37,677 nucleotides of DNA. It comes from a virus. Lineage: Duplodnaviria > Caudoviricetes. Shown here piece by piece: positions 1 to 8,727 of the stretch. Each line of letters starts with the position of its first letter. Position 1 is the stretch's first letter. The notes beneath the pieces were generated by a model. That model did not search any database and had not been told where the DNA came from. It saw only the letters and a program-made list of their open reading frames with translations. Position numbers and translations under genes: made by a program. The stretch is from IMG/VR virus record IMGVR_UViG_3300035665_000118, positions 1-37,677 of that record; one strand, 5' to 3'.

Positions 1-20
1 GTTGATATAACAAACCTTTA

Positions 21-87
21 GGACGAAACGCCCACAGCGTGTTGTGTGTTGTGGGTGTCTAACCGTGTTGCGGTTGCTGATGAGTCC
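21..87 (+). ncRNA. Type II hammerhead ribozyme
   Basis: GGAC(21-24)-GAAA-stem III hairpin (29-57)-cleavage triplet GUC(57-59)-stem I TAACCG/CGGTTG(60-76)-CTGATGA(77-83)-GTCC(84-87). All core nucleotides are present and all three stems pair. Confidence 0.93.
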
Positions 88-113
88 AGCATGACTTGAT
101 TATGGAGGTAATT

Positions 114-326
114 ATGGGTTACGAAGTAATAGTGAAATGGATACCCGAGGACATACAAGGGCATCAGCCCACTTGGCATGAGAACAAATGCGAGTTCGTG
201 TTAGACGAAATTTCTAACGAATTGTCATGTCGTGTAGTTGAGTTCGGCAACGAAGTTCTTGAAGAATTGTTGTCCGAATGGATTGATGAGAGCGAAGAAC
301 ATTATTGTGAGGAGGACTCAGAATGA
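114..326 (+). CDS. Small acidic hypothetical protein
   Basis: ATG at 114 preceded by GGAGGT; Glu-rich; ATGA overlap with the next ORF. Confidence 0.75.
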   Translation: MGYEVIVKWIPEDIQGHQPTWHENKCEFVLDEISNELSCRVVEFGNEVLEELLSEWIDESEEHYCEEDSE

Positions 327-475
327 GTATTTGGGAAGTTTTTATCGGATGTTGGGGCATCATTTGGTTGATGTTCATGATTGGTTTATATATCATCCCT
401 CGGGAATCGGGTTCACAGCGCTATAAGCATGGGCGTGATTATCCGTATGACCAAGATTTAGATTGGGATGATTGA
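323..475 (+). CDS. 50-aa putative membrane peptide (not in ORF track)
   Basis: MSIWEVFIGCWGIIWLMFMIGLYIIPRE...; GGAGG SD, ATGA coupling, one hydrophobic helix. Confidence 0.7.
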   Translation: MSIWEVFIGCWGIIWLMFMIGLYIIPRESGSQRYKHGRDYPYDQDLDWDD

Positions 476-598
476 CAACCGCACACTAGTGGTTGGATAT
501 AGTAATAGTAATCGTTTAATGATTTGCCATCTGACGATGGCATCTAGTATGGATGATTTGTCCATGCTAATAAGCAATATGCAACTTAGGAGGTTGTA

Positions 599-1195
599 AT
601 GTTAGGCATAACTATGGGTGCCGTGATTGGCACAGAAGTAGGGCACAAGCCCGAGCCAGTGGTTGTTGGCGATATCGCTGACATCCAAGAAAAAGTAGGT
701 GGACACTTTGATTGTGTTCGCATTGAGTGTGGCAATTCCGAGGACGGAACCGTGTTCACACTGGTTGGTTATGTTCACGATGAGGGACGAATCATGGAAC
801 CGCCACTAGACATCAATCTTGTGGCATCAATGATTTTCAATCAAGAGTTGCGTGGCAACTGTGTCATCTTGAGCGGTACGAATCCTGCAACGAACGAGTA
901 TGACGGCGAGAATTATGATTTGCCTTCGGCATTTTATGATTATCTCTGTGAGTCGTTCACGAAAGAGGTTGAGAAGTCTGTTGCGTTTACTCAGATGCTC
1001 GCCACTGCTGTGGGGATGGCTCGTAGAGATGATGCCATCACCGAAGCCGAGTTTCAACTTACGATTGACACAGTTAATGGGTTGAGTGAGACTGCGGTGG
1101 GTGGCGCAATGGATGGGTTACCTGATGAGGTTAAAGCCATTATGGAAAAAGCCATGAAGTACATGGTCAATAAAGTATTTGAACAGGGGGAGTGA
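599..1195 (+). CDS. DUF3846-like protein
   Basis: Motifs IQEKVGGHFD, YVHDEG, N.VAS, LRGNCVI recalled from DUF3846; strong AGGAGGT SD. Confidence 0.75.
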   Translation: MLGITMGAVIGTEVGHKPEPVVVGDIADIQEKVGGHFDCVRIECGNSEDGTVFTLVGYVHDEGRIMEPPLDINLVASMIFNQELRGNCVILSGTNPATNEYDGENYDLPSAFYDYLCESFTKEVEKSVAFTQMLATAVGMARRDDAITEAEFQLTIDTVNGLSETAVGGAMDGLPDEVKAIMEKAMKYMVNKVFEQGE

Positions 1196-1196
1196 T

Positions 1197-1418
1197 TTGG
1201 AAACTGACGCACCAGTTGTGTGTTCGGATGGTGGGGGGCGCAAGCCCTCTACGCCGAGCAAGCCAAGCAAGAAGCGAGTGTTGTCACCTGCTGGCACCTA
1301 CAGGTGTCCGAAGTGTGATAACGAAATAATTGTGTTTGTTCGCATGTCGGCTTTGCCGTTGTGTATTAATCATTCAGTTGCCAGTGGTGGCGCTGTATCT
1401 ATGGAGGAGGTTAAGTGA
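1197..1418 (+). CDS. Zn-ribbon hypothetical protein
   Basis: CPKC...C..H; TTG start after GGGGAG. Confidence 0.6.
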   Translation: METDAPVVCSDGGGRKPSTPSKPSKKRVLSPAGTYRCPKCDNEIIVFVRMSALPLCINHSVASGGAVSMEEVK

Positions 1419-1591
1419 TGGTGGATTACATTAAACATAAAAAATCAACAGTCCTGAAAGGGTTTTATGCGATGCAACAGTATGCACAGCAACAGGAACT
1501 GAAGTATCGTGATGATGCGATACTTGGGTCGTATTGGTCAGGTATCAGCGATGCGTTGGAAGCCGTTATTCAGGCTACGGAAAGGTCATAA
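1418..1591 (+). CDS. 57-aa hypothetical protein (not in ORF track)
   Basis: MVDYIKHKKST...ATERS; GGAGG SD, TGATG and TAATG couplings on both sides. Confidence 0.7.
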   Translation: MVDYIKHKKSTVLKGFYAMQQYAQQQELKYRDDAILGSYWSGISDALEAVIQATERS

Positions 1592-2322
1592 TGGAACATG
1601 ATGATTTAGCGGATGTGAAACCGTTGGGTGTTCGCATAGAGATATCTGATGGTGTGCATGGTATGTGGATGGGCAAGGAACTTGCCGAGTTACGCAATTA
1701 TGGTGTGCCTTGGACAAACGAAACCATCCTGAACTATTTTGAGGATTTGGTGAAGTTCCATGATGCGTGGTGCGAGTCCATCACTGCGGTTCTGTTGCCT
1801 GACATGGCATCCGAATTACAGGCGTTGAATTTAGATAACGAAACTTTTTCTAAATGGAAACTGATTCGCACCTATGTGGAAAGCGCATACACAAAGTACG
1901 GGGACAAATCTCTGTTGTCCATATTGGGCATACTTGGTGTGACTCCCACATTGTGGATACAGGCTTGCACCACAGGTGGCATCCCCAAATGTTTCAAGGC
2001 GTCAGATGATTTCATTGATGAACTGGAGCACTATTACATGTCTAGGGACAAGGTGGTGTGGGTTGAGATGGGTAAACATTTCGGTCTTAGCGCCCATATT
2101 GTCAGCAATCTATCTAGAGTGTTTTTCGCTAGACATAAAGCGAAGTACGGTGACTTAATGGGTCAGCGTAAATCTGCCCGAGAACTGTTAAACGATTTGG
2201 CGTTGTGTACGGATGAGACACCTACACATGTTGCCAAAGAGGTGTTTGACCGTACTGGTGTGGAGTTTCATATTTCTGCGGTTACGAAAATTCGTGCCCG
2301 TTCTAAACAAGGAGGTAAGTGA
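1591..2322 (+). CDS. Hypothetical protein, possible C-terminal HTH repeats
   Basis: Long ORF with coupled start at 1591; HTH-like segments EMGKHFGLSAHIV and HVAKEVFDRTG. Confidence 0.7.
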   Translation: MEHDDLADVKPLGVRIEISDGVHGMWMGKELAELRNYGVPWTNETILNYFEDLVKFHDAWCESITAVLLPDMASELQALNLDNETFSKWKLIRTYVESAYTKYGDKSLLSILGILGVTPTLWIQACTTGGIPKCFKASDDFIDELEHYYMSRDKVVWVEMGKHFGLSAHIVSNLSRVFFARHKAKYGDLMGQRKSARELLNDLALCTDETPTHVAKEVFDRTGVEFHISAVTKIRARSKQGGK

Positions 2323-2483
2323 TGACTGGTAAAACACAGATACATATTGACCCGAACACAACTGGGCGTTGCCCAAGTTGCAACGACAAGTTTTCTGCCA
2401 CCGAGTTTCCGTGCAAACCTGTGTGGTCAGATGCGTTTGATGACATTGTTTGTTATTGGTGCGCTCGTTACGAAATCGTGTGA
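2322..2483 (+). CDS. 53-aa Zn-finger protein (not in ORF track)
   Basis: CPSC...CYWC; AGGAGGT SD and TGATG overlap. Confidence 0.7.
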   Translation: MTGKTQIHIDPNTTGRCPSCNDKFSATEFPCKPVWSDAFDDIVCYWCARYEIV

Positions 2484-2489
2484 TATGAT
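2481..2489 (+). promoter_or_regulatory. Extended -10 promoter candidate
   Basis: TG-A-TATGAT about 30 nt upstream of the nuclease gene. Confidence 0.4.
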
Positions 2490-2519
2490 GTTAATTCAAA
2501 ATCCGATTATGGAGGTCTA

Positions 2520-3362
2520 ATGAAAGTAGATACAACAGCGAAACGCATCTTTGTGCGTCAGTCATGGTTGAACGATGTGTTGATGTGCCCTGAGCGTGCT
2601 CGGTTGGCTATGAAAAATCCGCAGATGCGAATGAACAGCGATGCCACAATGATTGGTACCGCCGTCCATCATGGCATTGAAAACTTTATCAACACCTCCG
2701 AAGATGTGGCGTTTGCGGAAGCCGAGTTGGATGAGATGGTGAAAGTTTCTGTAGCCGAGTATCAGCGATTACTGACATTGCCTTACAAGCGAACAGGTGT
2801 TGATGAAACAAAAATATTGTCGTACATAGAGTCCATGTGCACCGCATGGTACACAAACATTATGCCATTCGTAGAGATGGGTGGGCGTACTGAGCACCGT
2901 TTCGTGTTACCTACGGGGACGAACATAAACGGTTACGACATCTATATTGAAGGCACTATGGATTATATTTCTCCATCTGGTGTTATCTGGGATTGGAAAA
3001 CTGCGGGACGCTCATACTCGGGTGCCGAGAAACAAAAGAACGCTGTACAAGCATCCATGTATGCTTGGGCTGCATGTATTGAAGGCATGGTGCCTGACCC
3101 TGACAACATTGAGTTCAAATATGGTGTGATGATTCGTCAAGAAACCCCGAAAGCACAAGTTGTTTCAATACATCGCAATCAAGAACACATCCGTTGGATT
3201 GGTCACCAAATTGTTTCGGCATGCTCTATGGGTGTGTCAGTTGGTTTTGACCGAGAGTGGATGTTGAACGACCAAGGACATTTGTGTTCATCAAAGTGGT
3301 GCGATTTTTGGTCAATGTGCAAAGGCGCAACAGTGTCTGACGCATCACTGATTCTCAAATAG
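2520..3362 (+). CDS. PD-(D/E)XK nuclease, Cas4/RecB-like exonuclease with probable Fe-S cluster
   Basis: N-terminal CP, GTAVH, EGTMD...WDWKT, Q..MY, C-terminal C.SKWC.....C. Confidence 0.85.
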   Translation: MKVDTTAKRIFVRQSWLNDVLMCPERARLAMKNPQMRMNSDATMIGTAVHHGIENFINTSEDVAFAEAELDEMVKVSVAEYQRLLTLPYKRTGVDETKILSYIESMCTAWYTNIMPFVEMGGRTEHRFVLPTGTNINGYDIYIEGTMDYISPSGVIWDWKTAGRSYSGAEKQKNAVQASMYAWAACIEGMVPDPDNIEFKYGVMIRQETPKAQVVSIHRNQEHIRWIGHQIVSACSMGVSVGFDREWMLNDQGHLCSSKWCDFWSMCKGATVSDASLILK

Positions 3363-3364
3363 CC

Positions 3365-3682
3365 ATGCGTGAACCGATAGAACTGGTGGTCGCTACCGCT
3401 GTCGCTACGCAACAACCGTTGTCCATGCCTATGGTTGAGGTGCAATGGATTGATGCGGTTGGTTCAGGCGACAGGTGGGACACACCTGAGAATGTTGATT
3501 CCATAATGCCATCCAAAAGTTTCGCTATCGGATACTTGTGGCAGGAATCCCGCACACATGTAACTTTGATTATGTTGCTGAACGATGTTGGCACAGTTGG
3601 ACATTCGTTGGTGATACCTAAAGGTATGGTTGTGAACATTCGTTACTTGATTCGCAATGACAATCCAACACTATCAGAATGA
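3365..3682 (+). CDS. Conserved-looking phage hypothetical protein
   Basis: VEVQWIDA...IGYL...IPKGMV pattern common in phage proteins. Confidence 0.7.
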   Translation: MREPIELVVATAVATQQPLSMPMVEVQWIDAVGSGDRWDTPENVDSIMPSKSFAIGYLWQESRTHVTLIMLLNDVGTVGHSLVIPKGMVVNIRYLIRNDNPTLSE

Positions 3683-3688
3683 TACAAT
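3680..3688 (+). promoter_or_regulatory. Extended -10 promoter candidate
   Basis: TG-A-TACAAT immediately upstream of a structured leader and the replication operon. Confidence 0.5.
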
Positions 3689-3808
3689 ATTTTTTATTAA
3701 GGCTGGTGAAGTGCCACATGGCAAGTGTGACAACCTCCCCTTTGCCAGCCGACTTGTAAGTAATACGAATACAGCAATAACAACAAACAACACCTTGGAG
3801 GTGTAAAC

Positions 3809-4255
3809 ATGAATACCATCAGTAAAGACCAATCAATAATTACGCAAGTTGCGGCGAAAATTGCCGCTGACTTGACGCCGAAAACGGATGACCTACAAAC
3901 AAATGTCGGAAATTGGGTAGTGGCATTTGATGTAACATTGGAAGCACTGCTTGAGAAGCACGGCATGACAGGACTCACGGACGAACAAGTTGTTGAGGTC
4001 GCTCAACAAGTGTTCCCGAACTCTGTTGTCGTAACACAAACACAATCAACACCACAACAAACCTCAGGGTTTCAAGTGCGTGTCAAAGGCAAACAACACG
4101 GAGATATCCCAGCATGGTTGTCTGCTGAATGTGCGAAAAAAGGTGTGACGGAAGTATGGGACAACCGTGATGGTTTGACCGTAAACCCGAAGCGTCCTTG
4201 GTTCAAATCAACCACCAGCAATGATGCGTTTTGGGCACCGAAGCCTAGGTCATAA
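3809..4255 (+). CDS. Putative ssDNA-binding protein (C-terminal OSB/PDF-like motif)
   Basis: WDNR.....NPKRPWFK.....AFW; lies between the nuclease and the helicase. Confidence 0.55.
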   Translation: MNTISKDQSIITQVAAKIAADLTPKTDDLQTNVGNWVVAFDVTLEALLEKHGMTGLTDEQVVEVAQQVFPNSVVVTQTQSTPQQTSGFQVRVKGKQHGDIPAWLSAECAKKGVTEVWDNRDGLTVNPKRPWFKSTTSNDAFWAPKPRS

Positions 4256-5331
4256 TGCAAGACCCCGATTTTAAGGGGCGATGGACTGCGTTAGGACGGG
4301 GAGAACAACTCCCCGTCTTTGACGCATCTAAGACACCTACACAGTTTTTTAAACCGCTGGCACTCGCCGCAGATGAATATGTGCATTGGGCACAAAACCC
4401 TGACGAACGAATCTACCTAGGGTTCCCCGACATAGATGGGCAAATGCGTGGCATCGCACCATCAGAGATGTGTTTAATAAACGGCTACAGCCACAGCGGA
4501 AAAACTTTGTTTCTGCTACAAATTTTGCTCGCAAACAAAGACAAACCAGTAATCTACTTTTGCCCTGACGAACCTCGCACACTAACTTTGATAAAGTTGG
4601 CGTGCCTGACACACGGGATTGATGCCAACATATTGGAACAAGACATCTCGCAAGGCAACCCCGAAGCGATTGAACTGTTACGCAAAACATCAACCGAGGA
4701 GTTCCCGAACCTAGCGGTCTTTGACCAAATGTTGTCCCTCGCAGACATGGAACGGGCTTTGAACGAAGTACGGGAGATGTGGGGACAGCCATCGCTAATC
4801 GTTTTTGACTACTTGGAACTGCTGACAGGCGGTGGTGAGGATGTTCCATCCAAAGCGAACACGCTCAAAGGTTTCGGCAAACGACATAATGTTCCATTAT
4901 TGGTATTGCATCAATCGTCCCGTTCCGCAGGTGCGGATGGGCGAAAAATGACTATATCTTCAGGTGCATACGGTGGTGAGCAACAATCAGCGCATGTGAT
5001 TGGTGTTCGCCGTAAACGATTTGAGATTGAAGCACAGATTCGTGAGATAGAAGAAAAGTTAGATAAATCTAATTCAACAGAACGGCTGTTGGAGCGGTTG
5101 GATTCGTTGCGATACGAACGCCGTATCCACATGAATACCGTGACCATCAACCTTGTGAAGTGTAAACGCCCAGCGTCATCGCTGTTGGATGACATGGATT
5201 ACGAAATTGAACAAGGCACAGGCAGACTGACACGGCTAACGAACCACAATCTGCCATCAAACATGCTCCACAAACCCGATGATGTCCCCGTAGTTCAGCA
5301 ACTAGAACTCGCAGACTTTGGTGATTGGTAA
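4255..5331 (+). CDS. DnaB/RecA-family replicative helicase
   Basis: Walker A GYSHSGKT, Walker B IVFDY, LHQSSR, EQQSA. Confidence 0.85.
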   Translation: MQDPDFKGRWTALGRGEQLPVFDASKTPTQFFKPLALAADEYVHWAQNPDERIYLGFPDIDGQMRGIAPSEMCLINGYSHSGKTLFLLQILLANKDKPVIYFCPDEPRTLTLIKLACLTHGIDANILEQDISQGNPEAIELLRKTSTEEFPNLAVFDQMLSLADMERALNEVREMWGQPSLIVFDYLELLTGGGEDVPSKANTLKGFGKRHNVPLLVLHQSSRSAGADGRKMTISSGAYGGEQQSAHVIGVRRKRFEIEAQIREIEEKLDKSNSTERLLERLDSLRYERRIHMNTVTINLVKCKRPASSLLDDMDYEIEQGTGRLTRLTNHNLPSNMLHKPDDVPVVQQLELADFGDW

Positions 5332-6233
5332 TGATAAACATAGAACCACAAGTAACTGGACTGTTCGCAAACCTGTTTCGTGGTCGTGGCGATGTGTACG
5401 GACACGAAGAAGGTCGTTGCGTCAAAGAACCGCTAACACACGAGGTGTTCCAACGACACTTGGATGGTGTTGAAGCCATCGGTGTGTACCCGATGGTGCC
5501 CATAAACAACATCTATCATGTTGCGTGGGGCTGTTCAGACATTGACATTGAGGATTATGCTGGCGCCAAAAAGATTCAATCAGCGTTACAGGCAGTGAAT
5601 GTGCCATCGTTTATAGAGCGGTCACGCTCCAAGGGCTACCATGTTTGGGTGTTCGCTGACCGACCAGTACCAGCGTCAGCGATGCGCAGAATGTTTCTGT
5701 GCGCTCATCAAGTCGCAGAGTACCCTGCACGAGAAGTGAACCCGAAGCAAGAAACATTAGCCAGTGGACAGTACGGCAACTATGTGCGTTTACCGTACTA
5801 CAAAGCGTTAGACATGTCTGATTCGCATAGACGCATATTGGATGACACAGGCACCGCACTACCATTAGACGAATTCATTTCGCTTGCCATCAAAGGGCGA
5901 ACCCCAATAGAAACCATAAATCATCTTGCATCATTATGGAAAGAACCAGTCGCATCACACACAGTCATCAACATGAACCAGTCAGTTGCGGTAGCGGATG
6001 CTTTGACACAACTCTCCCCTTTGGGGAAAGTTATATGGCGTGATGGTCCTCTGCCCAACAAAGACCGCTCAACAACACTCGCAAAACTTGGACACGAATG
6101 TGTCCGTTCATGTATGTCCCCAAGCGAAACAAAAGTTGTTTTACAAGACGCTGACCGCAGATGGGGCAAATACCATTTGCGCCCCAACGGAGAACTAGAA
6201 ATAGACAAACTGGTAGTCCGAGTGTTCTCGTGA
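5331..6233 (+). CDS. Archaeo-eukaryotic primase (AEP) family primase
   Basis: DID, ERSRSKGYHVWVF, GNYVRLPY; TAATG coupling to the helicase. Confidence 0.8.
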   Translation: MINIEPQVTGLFANLFRGRGDVYGHEEGRCVKEPLTHEVFQRHLDGVEAIGVYPMVPINNIYHVAWGCSDIDIEDYAGAKKIQSALQAVNVPSFIERSRSKGYHVWVFADRPVPASAMRRMFLCAHQVAEYPAREVNPKQETLASGQYGNYVRLPYYKALDMSDSHRRILDDTGTALPLDEFISLAIKGRTPIETINHLASLWKEPVASHTVINMNQSVAVADALTQLSPLGKVIWRDGPLPNKDRSTTLAKLGHECVRSCMSPSETKVVLQDADRRWGKYHLRPNGELEIDKLVVRVFS

Positions 6234-6688
6234 GAAAACCGTTTGACCAATCCATGTACGATTCGGATGACCCAGCAAAACATTTGGTGTTGGACTGGTT
6301 GATGTCGCAAGGCTTTTACGGGGACATAAACCCTGACCAATATGGCATAGATTTGGTTGGCGATTACGGCGGAGTCCCATACGGCATTGAAGTAGAAATC
6401 AAACACAACTGGAAAGGTGACCAGTTTCCGTTTAATACCGTACATTTCTCAGCCCGAAAACTGAAGTTTCTTAAAACCACAGCCGAAGTTGTGTTCGTAA
6501 TGTTAAACCACGAAAGAACACATGCCCTAACAGTAGGGAAAAAGTCTTTGGAGTCGGCTATAATCGTAACCAAAGATACCATATACACAGATAATGAACA
6601 ATTTATTGAAGTTCCGCTTGCCGAATGTACGATAAACATAATTCATATAAACAAAGGCGAGCAAGATGACAACCGAACGGAACTCTGA
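6230..6688 (+). CDS. Restriction-endonuclease-fold (PD-(D/E)XK) protein
   Basis: GIDLV...GIEVEIK; GTGA overlap start. Confidence 0.6.
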   Translation: MRKPFDQSMYDSDDPAKHLVLDWLMSQGFYGDINPDQYGIDLVGDYGGVPYGIEVEIKHNWKGDQFPFNTVHFSARKLKFLKTTAEVVFVMLNHERTHALTVGKKSLESAIIVTKDTIYTDNEQFIEVPLAECTINIIHINKGEQDDNRTEL

Positions 6689-7037
6689 ATCTTTCACTAA
6701 CGAATCTATATCCGTTTTTGTCCCCGTAAAACCAGTCCCGAAGGGACGCCCTCGTATGACTAGGCGTGGGCGTGTATTCACGCCCCAACGCACCATAGAT
6801 GCGGAGACATTGGTACGCACAGCGTGGGGAGACAGACCGAAGTTCACAGGTCCAGTGTCGCTGGTCATCAACTTTGCCCCCGATGGCACATTGATTGTGG
6901 TTTGCCCTTACTATGGCAGCGATTCTAAACTGCGTGGCGACATAGATAATTATATTAAAACCATAATGGATGGTCTTAATGGTGCTGCTTGGGATGACGA
7001 CAAACAGGTTCATCATGTTGTGGCGGAGAAACAATGA
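6666..7037 (+). CDS. rusA: RusA-family Holliday junction resolvase
   Basis: PVPKGRPR, GDIDNYIK..MDGL, WDDDKQV. Confidence 0.9.
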   Translation: MTTERNSESFTNESISVFVPVKPVPKGRPRMTRRGRVFTPQRTIDAETLVRTAWGDRPKFTGPVSLVINFAPDGTLIVVCPYYGSDSKLRGDIDNYIKTIMDGLNGAAWDDDKQVHHVVAEKQ

Positions 7038-7207
7038 AGCGTGTAATGATGTGGATGTGGGAATACAACATAGAATCCACCGACCCGAAAACTGGTAAAA
7101 AGATTATGGTGTCCGCCCTCAGTGAAACACCAGTTGAAGGCGGTAAGCGCAGGCGTGTAGCGAATTATCGTGAGAAAGAACATCGCCGTAATCTCAATGA
7201 AGTATGA
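7034..7207 (+). CDS. 57-aa hypothetical protein (not in ORF track)
   Basis: MKRVMMWMWEY...; GGAG SD and ATGA overlap with rusA. Confidence 0.6.
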   Translation: MKRVMMWMWEYNIESTDPKTGKKIMVSALSETPVEGGKRRRVANYREKEHRRNLNEV

Positions 7208-7535
7208 ACCAACAGCACGACAGGGAGCCTCGTTTTATGAAATACTTATGCAACCGTTCATGGATAATGACATGTCTGCGCCAACAGATTGGGAACTCAT
7301 TGACCTCGTTCAAACAGTGTTTGATACACTTAGCAAAACAGATAAAGAGATTTTAAATGAAATATTTTTTCAGCAAAACACTTACGAAACAGCAAAAGAC
7401 AACATTGGAATCAAAGCGAAATCTCACGCATGGCGGAAAACCCGCCGTGCGCTGGAAAATCTCAAAAAAGCCTTACTAGAAAACGAAACATTCAGGAGTA
7501 AATATGCCACAACCTACACCAAAAACTTGGGATGA
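7170..7535 (+). CDS. Sigma-70 region 4-like HTH protein (possible late transcription factor)
   Basis: LSKTDKEIL..IFF..NTYE.....IGI......RRALENLKK; alternative start ATG 7197. Confidence 0.65.
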   Translation: MRKNIAVISMKYEPTARQGASFYEILMQPFMDNDMSAPTDWELIDLVQTVFDTLSKTDKEILNEIFFQQNTYETAKDNIGIKAKSHAWRKTRRALENLKKALLENETFRSKYATTYTKNLG

Positions 7536-8055
7536 AGCCTCGCTACAAGCGCTGGAATACATCACCGACATTGTTTCCACAGTCAGGTTTGAGGAACCGA
7601 TTTGGAAAAAATATAACGCCATCTTAGATAGTCTTGCGTCTTTTGTTACTTGGCATGATGCCGCCAGTGACGCCACTGCGGTTTCTGTAATGGTGGATGC
7701 TGGGTGTATGGCTATGCACTCGTTGGTGCCTTTGACATTGGGCATGGACAAAACGGAGATGCACAAGTTGTTGTGCCGTAAACAGCACGATTACGGGCAT
7801 GGGAACATCAGCAAGTTTGGTTTGGTTGGTGTTGCTGTTCGTATGTGCGACAAGATTGCCCGAGCAGAAAATCTGACGAAGCGTGGCGGTGTATCAGCAC
7901 AGGTAACAGAACCGTTGAAAGACGCATACGAGGACATAATCGGCTACGCCGTTATCTCTGTCATGCTGTACCGAGACACCTTCATGTTGCCTTTAGATTC
8001 CGACAAGATTGCGCAAGACAAATATATGCCATTGAGACTGGAGTTAGATATATGA
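7504..8055 (+). CDS. DUF1599 / nucleotide-modification-associated domain 1 protein
   Basis: KQHDYG..NI...GV.VRM.DK.AR...L.D.Y.DIIGY. Confidence 0.75.
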   Translation: MPQPTPKTWDEASLQALEYITDIVSTVRFEEPIWKKYNAILDSLASFVTWHDAASDATAVSVMVDAGCMAMHSLVPLTLGMDKTEMHKLLCRKQHDYGHGNISKFGLVGVAVRMCDKIARAENLTKRGGVSAQVTEPLKDAYEDIIGYAVISVMLYRDTFMLPLDSDKIAQDKYMPLRLELDI

Positions 8056-8255
8056 GCGAGGAACAAATCAGCCAATATGGTTCCAAAGGGAAACTGTTTG
8101 ACATCGGTGGAACAACAATCAACATAGATGACGAGTTTATGATTGCGACACTGCTCGCAGTCATCTCTGTTCTTAACGCCATGTATCCCTCGTTGGATGA
8201 AAAAATCTCGGAAGTGGGTCAAAGAATTTATGACGAAATCACAAAAGCCAATTAA
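8052..8255 (+). CDS. Hypothetical protein
   Basis: ATGA coupling and GGAG SD. Confidence 0.6.
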   Translation: MSEEQISQYGSKGKLFDIGGTTINIDDEFMIATLLAVISVLNAMYPSLDEKISEVGQRIYDEITKAN

Positions 8256-8403
8256 CTTAGACATGTTTGAAGAAATGACACGCCAACTTATAGCGGAAGC
8301 AAAAAAGTTGGGGTTACCTCACGCCCGCATACGAGACTTACAAGAAACCAAAGTGGTTATCAAACAGATTAGAAAATCAAGAGAAAACCATTATGGACTT
8401 TAA
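8230..8403 (+). CDS. Hypothetical protein
   Basis: In-operon ORF starting MTKSQKPINLDMF. Confidence 0.55.
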   Translation: MTKSQKPINLDMFEEMTRQLIAEAKKLGLPHARIRDLQETKVVIKQIRKSRENHYGL

Positions 8404-8632
8404 CCCTGACGACATGGATGAAATGTCAGAAAAGTTTGCCCGATTAATGTTTGACAGCGACAAAGGATACACCTTAGAGTTCTCTATCAGCCGACTACAA
8501 GCCAAAGACCTGATGCAGATGTGGACAAAAGCATGCCTTGGTAGCCACGAAGCGATAGCGGATTGTTTAATTGAATACGGAAAAATTATGTTAGAACTGC
8601 AATACGCTTTATCTAACGATGAACGAGCCTAA
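8393..8632 (+). CDS. Hypothetical protein, last gene of the + arm
   Basis: In-operon ORF converging on the late arm. Confidence 0.65.
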   Translation: MDFNPDDMDEMSEKFARLMFDSDKGYTLEFSISRLQAKDLMQMWTKACLGSHEAIADCLIEYGKIMLELQYALSNDERA

Positions 8633-8727
8633 TCTTCTTCGCTGTCATCAAGTTTGTCTCCGCACACAGGGTTCTGTGGTAACGGCTTTTGCCGTTCCGC
8701 ACATGCACACACTTTTGCTTTAAACAT
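8629..8727 (-). CDS. 32-aa Cys-containing peptide (not in ORF track)
   Basis: MFKAKVCACAERQKPLPQNPVCGDKLDDSEED; AGAGGA SD and TAATG coupling to the giant gene. Confidence 0.5.
   Translation of the reverse strand: MFKAKVCACAERQKPLPQNPVCGDKLDDSEED

Noticed and set aside
472-503. TTGACA...TATAGT promoter
   Set aside because: Spacer is 20 nt, too long to call confidently, although a promoter near here is plausible
2520-3362. Cas4-like gene as evidence of a CRISPR system
   Set aside because: No repeat-spacer array or other cas genes; stand-alone Cas4-like nucleases are common in phage replication modules
8640-8720. Hairpins suggesting a tRNA or terminator at the convergence point
   Set aside because: No cloverleaf or T-loop; the region is explained by a coupled 32-aa ORF, though AACGGC-TTTT-GCCGTT may still act as a terminator
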